This document shows, one piece after another, positions 1-8,316 of a DNA stretch of 64,000 nt (positions are counted from its first letter, which is position 1; each line of letters begins with the position of its first letter). The position numbers and the translations under genes were made by a program. Location: contig JAHFCF010000008.1 of NCBI GenBank assembly GCA_023249645.1, positions 7,257 to 71,256 of the forward strand, written 5' to 3'. The notes under the pieces are model-generated. The model searched no databases. It saw nothing but the letters and a program-made list of their open reading frames with translations, and was not told the origin of the DNA. The DNA is from Elusimicrobiota bacterium (GTDB lineage Bacteria; Elusimicrobiota; Elusimicrobia; UBA1565; UBA9628).

Positions 1-1095
1 GGCGGGGTCATGAAGACGGCTTTCGACGGCGTTCCCATCCACATCCCCTCTGAGTATATGTTTGCTTTCGGCAAGACGACCTACGCCAACTGCGACAATG
101 TCTCGGGACACTCCTTGGACCGGGTGCGCAGCGAGGCTGAGCGGCTTATTAAGGAATACCCGGACCGCTTGACCATGGCCTCGACCGGCGGCCCGGTCAG
201 CGGCAACGACGAGGCGGACAAGAAGGGCTGGCAGCACAACACCAAGAAGCTCGAGGACTGCGGCATCATGGGCATCGAGTACAGCCTTTCCTGCCCGCAG
301 GGCGGCGACGGGACCAAGGGCGACATCGTGTCCCAGGACGCTGAGCTCACGGCCAAGATCATCGGCTGGGTCCTGGAGGCGGGAGATCCGGAAATCCCCA
401 AGCTCTTCAAGCTCACGGCGGCCGTGACCTCGATCTATCCCATCATCACGGCCATCAAGGAAGTCTTTGCGCGCTACCCCAAGGCTAAAGCCGGGGTGAC
501 CTTGGCCAATACTTTCCCGACGCTGGCGTTCCGAAAGGGCCGGAAAGCGGCCTGGGATGAGGGAGTTGTCGTCGGCATGAGCGGCGAAGGGGTCATTCCG
601 ATCTCGAATCTGACCCTGGCTAATGTGTCGCGCCTGGGCGTGGTCGTCTCGGGCAACGGCGGGCCCATGGACTACCAGTCTGCGGCCCATTTCCTGGCGC
701 TGGGCGCTCGGACCGTGCAGTTCTGCACCGTCGCGATGAAGTATGGCGTCGGGATCATCGGCGAGTTGCACTCGGGCTTGAGCTATCTCATGGAAGATCG
801 CGGGATCAAATCCATGGACGAGCTCATCGGCCGGGCTTTGCCGGATCCCGTCCGAGGATTCATGGAGCTCTCCGCGACCAAGAAGATCTCGGCCGTGCGC
901 GAGGAGCTCTGCCTGCACTGCGGCAACTGCTCGCGCTGTCCCTATCTGGCCATCACCCTCAACGACAAGACGGTGCCCCAGACGGATCCGGAGAAGTGCG
1001 TGGGCTGTTCCATCTGCAGCCAGAAGTGTTTTTCAGGCGCTCTCTATATGCGCGAGCGCACCAAAAAGGAGCTCGCAGCTCTTAAGGAGGATTAG
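1..1095 (+). CDS. Dihydropyrimidine dehydrogenase/dihydroorotate dehydrogenase-like FMN domain with C-terminal 2x[4Fe-4S] (5' truncated by window)
   Basis: Frame is open from base 1. GGVMKT, SLSCP, KLT, NT, SG and GNGG FMN-barrel motifs; C-terminal CxxCxxCxxCP and CxxCxxCxxxC ferredoxin motifs. Confidence 0.8.
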   Translation, partial: GGVMKTAFDGVPIHIPSEYMFAFGKTTYANCDNVSGHSLDRVRSEAERLIKEYPDRLTMASTGGPVSGNDEADKKGWQHNTKKLEDCGIMGIEYSLSCPQGGDGTKGDIVSQDAELTAKIIGWVLEAGDPEIPKLFKLTAAVTSIYPIITAIKEVFARYPKAKAGVTLANTFPTLAFRKGRKAAWDEGVVVGMSGEGVIPISNLTLANVSRLGVVVSGNGGPMDYQSAAHFLALGARTVQFCTVAMKYGVGIIGELHSGLSYLMEDRGIKSMDELIGRALPDPVRGFMELSATKKISAVREELCLHCGNCSRCPYLAITLNDKTVPQTDPEKCVGCSICSQKCFSGALYMRERTKKELAALKED

Positions 1096-1144
1096 AGGGT
1101 CAGGCATTGACTTTTGACTCAGTCAAAAGTCAATGCCTGACCCT
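1096..1144. repeat. Perfect 49-bp intergenic inverted repeat (REP-like)
   Basis: 24-bp arm AGGGTCAGGCATTGACTTTTGACT, 1-nt spacer, then its reverse complement; one arm recurs at 21808-21833. Confidence 0.9.
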
Positions 1145-1152
1145 AATTCAAT

Positions 1153-2472
1153 ATGCTGATAAAAAACGGGATCGTCGTCACGTTGGGGGAGGAGAATCGG
1201 GTTCTTTATAACCACGCCATCCTCTGCGAAGGCGGGTTGATCAAGAAGATCGCCCCGCAGAAAGAGTTCAAGGGAAAGCCTGGCAAGGTCATCGACGCCA
1301 AGGGCAAGGTCATCATGCCCGGGTTCATCAATACGCACATGCACTTTTACAGCACCATGGTCCGGGGCCTGGGCAAGGCAGCGCCTTCCAAGGATTTCCA
1401 GGAGGTCTTGGAGAATCTGTGGTGGCGCTTGGACAAGAAGCTGACCCTGGCCGACTCCTACTACAGCGCCCTTCTGCCTATGATCGACGCGATCAAGAGG
1501 GGCACGACCACCTTGATCGACCATCATGCCAGCCCCTTTGCCGTTCGCGGTTCTCTGGGGAAGATCGCGGAGGCGGTCAAGGAAACGGGCCTGAGGGCTT
1601 CCCTGTGTTACGAGCTCTCGGACCGCGACGGGGCCAAGATCGCGCAGGAGGGCATCGACGAGAACGTCGCCTTCATCAAACGTTGCGCCAAAGAAAAAGA
1701 CGAGCATTTAAAAGCACTTTTTGGTCTGCATGCTTCCTTTACCATCACGGACGCGACCATGGCCAAAGCCGCTGAAGCCGGTCAAGGATTGGGTGCTGGT
1801 TTTCATGTGCACACAGCCGAGGCCAAGTCAGACCAGGACTTCAATGAGAAGACCTTCGGCATGCGCGTGGTCGAGCGCCTCAATAAATTCGGGATCCTCG
1901 GTCCCAAGACCATCGCGGCGCACTGCGTACACGTGAGCGACGCCGAGATGGACATTTTGCGCGACACAGGCACCGCGGTCGCGCACAATCCGCAGTCCAA
2001 CATGAACAATGCGGTCGGCGTGGCGGACATCATCAAGCTGACGGAGAAGGGCGTTTTGGTTGGCCTGGGCACGGACGCCATGACCGTGAATATGCTCGAA
2101 GAGGTCCGCGTCGCTCTCTGGGCCCAGCACTTATCCCACAACAACCCCAGCGTGGGCTTCATGGAGGCGCTCTCGACCTTGATGTTCAACAATGCCAAGA
2201 TCGCCAATCGCTATTGGAACCCCCAGGTCGGGGTCTTGAAGGAAGGCTCCGCCGCGGACATCATCCTCATGGACTACTACCCGCCTACGCCTTTCAACGA
2301 GAACACCTTCCTGGGCCATCTGGGCTTCGGCCTTTCCCAGTCCTTCGTGGACACCACCATCTGCGCAGGCAAGGTGCTCATGGAGGGCAAGAAGCTCAAG
2401 ATCGGGGTGGACGAAGAGGAAGTCGCGGCCAAGTCTCTGGAGCTCTCCAAAAAACTCTGGGAAAGATTCTAG
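1153..2472 (+). CDS. ssnA: Amidohydrolase SsnA
   Basis: PGFINTHMHFYS metal motif, LENLWWRLD, DHHAS, GLHASFT, HVHTAE, HNPQSNMNNAVG, GLGTD. Confidence 0.88.
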   Translation: MLIKNGIVVTLGEENRVLYNHAILCEGGLIKKIAPQKEFKGKPGKVIDAKGKVIMPGFINTHMHFYSTMVRGLGKAAPSKDFQEVLENLWWRLDKKLTLADSYYSALLPMIDAIKRGTTTLIDHHASPFAVRGSLGKIAEAVKETGLRASLCYELSDRDGAKIAQEGIDENVAFIKRCAKEKDEHLKALFGLHASFTITDATMAKAAEAGQGLGAGFHVHTAEAKSDQDFNEKTFGMRVVERLNKFGILGPKTIAAHCVHVSDAEMDILRDTGTAVAHNPQSNMNNAVGVADIIKLTEKGVLVGLGTDAMTVNMLEEVRVALWAQHLSHNNPSVGFMEALSTLMFNNAKIANRYWNPQVGVLKEGSAADIILMDYYPPTPFNENTFLGHLGFGLSQSFVDTTICAGKVLMEGKKLKIGVDEEEVAAKSLELSKKLWERF

Positions 2473-2475
2473 GTG

Positions 2476-3762
2476 TCAGGCTTTCTCGTATTTTCCGTAT
2501 TTGGCGGCAGCAGCGCCGGCAGAAAGCCCTGAGGCCCAGGCGAAATGGAGGTTGAAGCCTCCGCTGTCGCCATCCACATCGAGCATCTCGCCGGTGAGGA
2601 AAAGTCCTGGGACCTTGCGCGACTCAAAGGTCTTGGGGTCTACTTCGAGCGTGTCCACCCCGCCGGCCGTGGCCATGGCCTCACTCCAGGGCCGGGCCCC
2701 TGAGATCTCGAAGCGCCAGTCAGAGACGAGCGAGATAAGCCGCGTCAGGACATCATTGCCCAGCGAGTCCAGGGTCCGACTTGAGTCGATGCCCAAGGTA
2801 TCGTTGATCGCTCCCGCCAGTTGGGAGGGGAAAATGCCGAGAAAGAAATCCTTGAGCGGCCTTTGGGCCTTGGCCGCCCAGCGCGCCAAGAGCATGCTCT
2901 TAAGGCCTGGGGGGGAGAACTCGGGGAAGAGATTCAAGGAGCCTTGCACGGCGCCCTGACGCAGCGCCAGGACCGCTTCGCGGCTGACATCCAGAACAAC
3001 CGGTCCTGAAAGACCATAATCCGTGAACAGGACCTCGCCTTGGCTTCGGGAGATCACGCGGCCCTGGCTGAAGACCTGGATGGCGGCTTGAAGGCGCAGG
3101 CCTTGGAGGTGTTTCCAGGCATGGTCCTTGACGCAAAGCGGGACCAGGGCAGGGGAAGGCGGCGTGACGCTGTGCCCCAAAGACTTCGCCAGATCGTAGG
3201 CCTTCTCTCCCGCGCCCAGCGCGGGATAAGAGGTCCCGCCGCAGGCCAGAATGACGCGATCGAATCGGAACTCTCCAGCGGATTGAGGATCGGCCTGCGT
3301 TTTTTGCCAGGGCGCGGGTCCTGGCTGGGTCTGGACGAGAAAGCCTTCCTTTATAGGGCGGATGGCCGCGGCGTCGGTCAAAAGGAGGACCTTCACCGAG
3401 AGCCTTTCGAGTTCAGCCTTGAGCACATCGAGCACGGCTGCGGCCTTGTCGCAGCGCGGGAATATCCGGCCGTCCGGCTCCTCCACGGTCAAAAGCCCCA
3501 GGTTCGAGAAGAAGGCCAGGATCTCGCGCGCCTTGAAACGGGCGAGGGCCTCCTTGACGAAGTTCTTTTGGCCGCAGTGATAGTGCTCAGGCAGGATCTT
3601 GGAATTGGTGAGGTTGCAGCGCCCGGCGCCGCTGGCCAGGATCTTTCGTCCCAGCAAGTGGCCGCGCTCTAGAAGCGTGACCTCGGCGCCTTCCCTGGCC
3701 GCGGTGATCGCCGCAGTCAGGCCGGAGGCCCCTCCGCCGATGACGGCTACGCGGGTCTTCAT
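2476..3762 (-). CDS. HI0933/YhiN/BaiN-family flavoprotein
   Basis: Start reassigned to MKTRVAVIGGGASG (Rossmann); GRKILASGAGRCNLTN, TAGGV, GEMLDVDGDSGGFNLHFAWASG. Confidence 0.9.
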   Translation of the reverse strand: MKTRVAVIGGGASGLTAAITAAREGAEVTLLERGHLLGRKILASGAGRCNLTNSKILPEHYHCGQKNFVKEALARFKAREILAFFSNLGLLTVEEPDGRIFPRCDKAAAVLDVLKAELERLSVKVLLLTDAAAIRPIKEGFLVQTQPGPAPWQKTQADPQSAGEFRFDRVILACGGTSYPALGAGEKAYDLAKSLGHSVTPPSPALVPLCVKDHAWKHLQGLRLQAAIQVFSQGRVISRSQGEVLFTDYGLSGPVVLDVSREAVLALRQGAVQGSLNLFPEFSPPGLKSMLLARWAAKAQRPLKDFFLGIFPSQLAGAINDTLGIDSSRTLDSLGNDVLTRLISLVSDWRFEISGARPWSEAMATAGGVDTLEVDPKTFESRKVPGLFLTGEMLDVDGDSGGFNLHFAWASGLSAGAAAAKYGKYEKA

Positions 3763-3769
3763 GCGCGGT

Positions 3770-5692
3770 TCAGCCGGAGCGTTTGGCGTAGTTGAGGACG
3801 CTGCCGGCCAAAAGGATCTTCCGCTCTCGCTGCGAGAATTCGATGCGCATGAGCATCTTTCGGCCGTTGACGAGGATCGGGATCTGGGATTCTCCCTTCT
3901 CCAGGGCTTGGCGGATCCCCTCGATGCGCACCTTCTGTCCCTGCGCCACGGCCTCAAAATCCGCGGCATCGGCGAAGACGAGCGGCACGATGCCGAAGTT
4001 GATGAGATTGGCCCGGTGGATGCGCGCGAAGCTCTTGGCGAGCTTGGCCTTGATCCCGAGGTAGCGAGGCGCCAGCGCCGCGTGCTCGCGCGAGGAGCCC
4101 TGGCCGTAATTCTCGCCGCCCACGATGAGTCCGCCGCCCGAGGCTTGGGCGCGTTTGGAAAAGCCCTCCTCCACGCCCGAGAACACGAACTCGCTGATGG
4201 CCGGCAGGTTGCTCCGGTACGGGAGGACACGGCTTCCCGCCGGCATGATGGCGTCCGTGCTGACATTGTCGCCGACTTTCAGCAGGATCTCTCCGTCGAT
4301 GGTTGGCGGCAGAGGCTCGAAGTGCGGCAGCGGCTTGATGTTCGGACCGCGGATGATCTCCACGCTTAAGGGATCCTTGGCCGGGCGGATGAACCAGGAT
4401 TCGTTGAAGGTGAATCTCTTGGGATACTCGACGGTCGGGCAGGTGCCGAGCGTGCGGGGGTCGGTGATGCGCCCCGTGAGCGCCGAGGCCGCTGCCGTCT
4501 CGGGAGAGCAGAGATAGACCTCGTCGTCCTTGGTCCCGCTGCGGCCCTTGAAGTTGCGCGGGAAGGTCCGCAGCGACTTGATGCCGGTCCCCGGAGCCTG
4601 GCCCATGCCGATGCAGCCCAGGCATCCCGCCTCGCAGATGCGTGCGCCCGTTTCGACGAGGAGCTTGAGCCCGCCCATGGCCAGGACGTTCTCCAGGGTC
4701 TGCCGGCTGCCGGGGTTGATCTGCAGGTCGACGGTCGAGGCCTTCACCTTGCCGGCCATCATCTGCGCCGCGACCATGAAATCCCGGTAGCTGCCGTTGG
4801 CCGAGGAGCCGATGAGGACCTGCTGGATCTCGACGTCGGAAAGCTCGCGGGCGGGCTTGACGTTGTCGGGGTTGGACGGGCAGGCGACCAGGGGCTCGAG
4901 GGAGGAGAGGTCGAGGGTCGTCTCCTGATCCCATTGCGGCTTGGGGCCGGCCTTGAGCTCCTTCCAGTCGGCCTCGCGGCCGTTGCGGGCGAGATAGTCT
5001 TTCGTCACCGCGTCGGAGGGGAAGATCCCCGCCGTGAAGCCCATGTCCACCGCCATGTTGGAGACGGCCGCGCGGTCAGCCATGGACACGCCGGCCACGC
5101 CGGGACCGAAGAATTCCAGGATCTTGCCGATGCCTCCCTTGCAGGAATGGCGCCGCAACAGCTCGAGGATCAGGTCCTTGCCGGAGACGAAGGGTTGGAG
5201 CTTGCCTTCCAGCCGCACGCCCCAGATCTTCGGGGTCATCAGATGGTAAGGCCGGCCCGCCATGGCCAGGGCCACCTCGACGCCGCCCGCCCCGATGGCC
5301 AGCATCCCGAGGCAGCCGCCGGTGGTCGTGTGGCTGTCCGAGCCGAGCAGGGTCTGTCCCGGCACGCCGAAACGCTCGCGGTGCACGTGGTGGGAGACGC
5401 CGTTGCCCGCCGGCGAGAGGATGACTCCGAATTTTTCGGCGCAGGACTGCAGGAAGCGGTGGTCGTCGAAATTGCGCGAATCGGTCTGGATGATGTTGTG
5501 GTCGATGTAGCTGACCGCCGTCTGGACCAGAACACGGGGCAGACCCAAGGTTTCGAACTCAAGATACACCATGGTGCCCGTGGCGTCCTGGGTGAGGGTC
5601 TGATCGATCTTGAGGCCGATCTCCTGGCCGGGTCCGGGATTTCCCTCCACGAGGTGTTCCTGGATGATTTTTCCGGCGAGGGTGTCTTTCAT
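3770..5692 (-). CDS. Aconitase-family hydratase (single chain, ~640 aa)
   Basis: QDATG, DHN, GSDSHT, CLGCIG, RNF and GQGSSREHA motifs; first Fe-S Cys position is Ser (GSSAN). Confidence 0.85.
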   Translation of the reverse strand: MKDTLAGKIIQEHLVEGNPGPGQEIGLKIDQTLTQDATGTMVYLEFETLGLPRVLVQTAVSYIDHNIIQTDSRNFDDHRFLQSCAEKFGVILSPAGNGVSHHVHRERFGVPGQTLLGSDSHTTTGGCLGMLAIGAGGVEVALAMAGRPYHLMTPKIWGVRLEGKLQPFVSGKDLILELLRRHSCKGGIGKILEFFGPGVAGVSMADRAAVSNMAVDMGFTAGIFPSDAVTKDYLARNGREADWKELKAGPKPQWDQETTLDLSSLEPLVACPSNPDNVKPARELSDVEIQQVLIGSSANGSYRDFMVAAQMMAGKVKASTVDLQINPGSRQTLENVLAMGGLKLLVETGARICEAGCLGCIGMGQAPGTGIKSLRTFPRNFKGRSGTKDDEVYLCSPETAAASALTGRITDPRTLGTCPTVEYPKRFTFNESWFIRPAKDPLSVEIIRGPNIKPLPHFEPLPPTIDGEILLKVGDNVSTDAIMPAGSRVLPYRSNLPAISEFVFSGVEEGFSKRAQASGGGLIVGGENYGQGSSREHAALAPRYLGIKAKLAKSFARIHRANLINFGIVPLVFADAADFEAVAQGQKVRIEGIRQALEKGESQIPILVNGRKMLMRIEFSQRERKILLAGSVLNYAKRSG

Positions 5693-5763
5693 GATGAGTA
5701 AACCATGCCAAATTAACCGTTGGCGGGCAAGAGGTTCAAAACGGAATCGTTCTTAGCGGGTCG

Positions 5764-5801
5764 TTATCCACAAACTCGCTGCGCAGCGAGTTTGTGGATA
5801 A
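5764..5801. repeat. Perfect 38-bp palindrome bounded by two DnaA-box consensus 9-mers
   Basis: TTATCCACA-AACTCGCTGCGCAGCGAGTT-TGTGGATAA. Confidence 0.9.
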
Positions 5802-5832
5802 GTCTTCTGGAGGATTCGACGCGAGTTGAAAC

Positions 5833-8274
5833 TTATTTTTCTCGGCGCTGCAGCGCCAAGGCGACCTTCTCGGCCGTGATGGGCATGGATTGGATGCGGA
5901 TGCCGACCGCGTCTTCGACCGCGTTGGCCACCATGGAGGCGGCCGGGATCATCGTATGCTCGCCCACGCCGCGCGCGCCGTAGGGCCCGTCCGGCTGGGC
6001 GGCCTCGACGAGGATGGGGACCACCTCTTCGGGAGCATCCAAGGCTGTGGGAATCTTGTAATCCGAGAAATTCGGATTCAACAGCCGGCCCTTGGCGTCA
6101 AAGCGCATGTCCTCGTAGAGAACGGTGGCCAAGCCCTGCAAAAGCCCTCCGGTCACCTGTCCGCGGATGAGCTCGGGGTTCAGCGCCTTGCCCACGTCCG
6201 CGGCCAAGACGGCCTTCAAGACCTTCATCTTGCCCGTCGCCTTGTCGACTTCGAGGATGATGCCGCCCGCGCCCGTGGTGTAGTGGACGTTGGGGTGTCC
6301 TCCCTGGCCCGTTTCCGGGTTGCTGATGGCCGAGGCGAACTCAGGCATGAACATTCCGTGGCCCATGATGGGTCCGCCCTTGTAGGTGTGGTCCGCGGCT
6401 TGGATGCCGTTGATGACGAAATCCTTCAGGGGGAGCTTCCAGCCCTTGCGCTTGCGGCAAAGGACGGATTCGTTCTCGAGATAAAGGTCCTCTGTGTTCA
6501 GGCACAGAGCGCGCGTGACCGTGTCGAAGATCTGATCGCGCGCGTTCAGCGCCGCTTTTTTGACCGCGTTGCCGCAGCCCCAGGTCACGTGCGAACCCAC
6601 GGTCTGCCACTCATAGGGGTTGCGGTCCGTGTCCGGGGTCTCGACGCGGATCTTGGACATGGGCACGGTCAGGATCTCCGAGACGATCTGGGCCATGACG
6701 GTCAAGAGCCCCTGGCCGAGCTCCATGCCGGAGACGAGGAGGTTCACGCTGGCGTCCTCGTTGAATTTCAGGAAGGCCGAGGAGGAGGCGTTGGGCGGCA
6801 TGGCCGGCGCCTTCCAGTAGAGCACGAGGGCTTTGCCGATGGACTTGGTCGGGTCCTTGGAGACTTCTTTCTTGCCCCAGCGGATCTCGGCGGCGGTCTT
6901 GTCGATGGCCTCGGCCAAAGCCGTGGGATTCATGTGCGCGCCGTAGGCCAGGACGTCGCCTTCTTTAATCGCGTTCTTCTTGCGCAAGGCGACCGGGTCC
7001 ATCTTGAGCTTGCGGGCCAATTGCGTCATGTGGGACTCGAGTCCGAAGCCGAACTCGGAGTAGCCGAAGCCGCGGTAGGGGCCGCCCGGCGGCAGGTTGG
7101 TGTAGACGCAGACCGAGTCGATCTTGACATGCTCGATCTTGTAGGGTCCGGTGGCGGAGAGCCCCGTCGCGTTGACCACATTAGCGCCATATTCGACGTA
7201 AGCGCCGGCGTCCCAGTAGATCGTGTGCTCCAGGGCCGTGATGGCGCCGTTCTTCTTGACGCCCATCTTGATCTTGGAGACGACGCCTTGGCGCTGATAG
7301 GTGTTGTAGAACTCCTGCGCCCGGTTCCAGAGGATCTTGACCGGGTGGCCCTGCACCGTCGTGGCCAGGGCCGCGCCCAAGATCTCCATGGAGACCCCGG
7401 CCTTGCCGCCGAAGCCGCCGCCGACATAAGGGGTGATGACGCGCACGTCCTTGTGGGAGATGCCCAAGGGCGCCAGGGCCTCGGCAAAGCCGTGGCGTTG
7501 GGTGAAGGGCGACTGGGAGGCGGTCCAGACCGTGAGCCGGCCCGAGGCGTCATAAAGCCCGATGGCGCCGTGCACCTCGATGGCGCAATGGGCGTAGCGA
7601 GGGACGGTGTAGGTGTCTTCCAAGACGAGGTCCGCGTCCTTGAAGCCTTGAGCCGCGTCGCCCTTGCGGATCTTGCGCCAGTGGGCGATGTTGGTGCCGG
7701 CCTTGGGAAAGAACCACGGCACGTGCTGGTAGCGGGCCAGGTCCGGGTGGATGAGGGTCGCGTTCTTTTCCAGGGCCTTCATCGGATCGACGAGAGCGGG
7801 GAGCTCCTCATAGTCGACTTTCACGAGGGCCGCGGCCTTGAGGGCGGCCTTGGGGTTCCAGGCGATGACGGCGGCGACCTGCTCGCCGACGAAGCGCGCG
7901 CGGTCCTGGGCGAATATGTAGCGGTCCTTCATGTAGAGGCCGAACTTGTAGGGGAAATCAGCGCCGGTGACGACCTTGACCACGCCCGGGACCTTGAGCG
8001 CGGCCGATGTGTCGATCTTCTTGATGAGGGCGTGCGCCAACGGGCTTTCCACGACAGCGGCGAAGAGGAGTTTGGGTCCGAATTCGATGTCATCGACGAA
8101 CTGGGCCGCGCCCATGACCTTCTCCAAACCGTCGATGCGCGGCACGGAGCGGCCGACGGTCTTCAGTTCTTCCTTCGGATGGGACGGCACGGATTTTTCG
8201 CCGATCTTGAGGCCGCGCTGAAGCCGCTTGTGTCCGTTGTGATGATGTTTAGCTAGGAGTTTTGTGTGCGCCAT
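5833..8274 (-). CDS. Xanthine dehydrogenase family molybdopterin-binding subunit
   Basis: GGGFGGK, YRGFG, ELGQG, GARGVGE (catalytic Glu), NFSDYKIPT. Confidence 0.92.
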   Translation of the reverse strand: MAHTKLLAKHHHNGHKRLQRGLKIGEKSVPSHPKEELKTVGRSVPRIDGLEKVMGAAQFVDDIEFGPKLLFAAVVESPLAHALIKKIDTSAALKVPGVVKVVTGADFPYKFGLYMKDRYIFAQDRARFVGEQVAAVIAWNPKAALKAAALVKVDYEELPALVDPMKALEKNATLIHPDLARYQHVPWFFPKAGTNIAHWRKIRKGDAAQGFKDADLVLEDTYTVPRYAHCAIEVHGAIGLYDASGRLTVWTASQSPFTQRHGFAEALAPLGISHKDVRVITPYVGGGFGGKAGVSMEILGAALATTVQGHPVKILWNRAQEFYNTYQRQGVVSKIKMGVKKNGAITALEHTIYWDAGAYVEYGANVVNATGLSATGPYKIEHVKIDSVCVYTNLPPGGPYRGFGYSEFGFGLESHMTQLARKLKMDPVALRKKNAIKEGDVLAYGAHMNPTALAEAIDKTAAEIRWGKKEVSKDPTKSIGKALVLYWKAPAMPPNASSSAFLKFNEDASVNLLVSGMELGQGLLTVMAQIVSEILTVPMSKIRVETPDTDRNPYEWQTVGSHVTWGCGNAVKKAALNARDQIFDTVTRALCLNTEDLYLENESVLCRKRKGWKLPLKDFVINGIQAADHTYKGGPIMGHGMFMPEFASAISNPETGQGGHPNVHYTTGAGGIILEVDKATGKMKVLKAVLAADVGKALNPELIRGQVTGGLLQGLATVLYEDMRFDAKGRLLNPNFSDYKIPTALDAPEEVVPILVEAAQPDGPYGARGVGEHTMIPAASMVANAVEDAVGIRIQSMPITAEKVALALQRREK

Positions 8275-8316
8275 GGCATTCTCCCTCTACCTTTGGGATT
8301 TTACCAATTTACCGGG

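Noticed and set aside
3763..4266. N-terminal extension of the HI0933 ORF
   Set aside because: Out-of-frame overlap with the aconitase; homology starts at 3762.
5764..5801. oriC
   Set aside because: Only two DnaA boxes, no AT-rich unwinding element and no dnaA/dnaN context.
5890..8256. 788-aa plus-strand ORF
   Set aside because: Antisense shadow of the Mo-subunit gene in high-GC DNA; no motifs.
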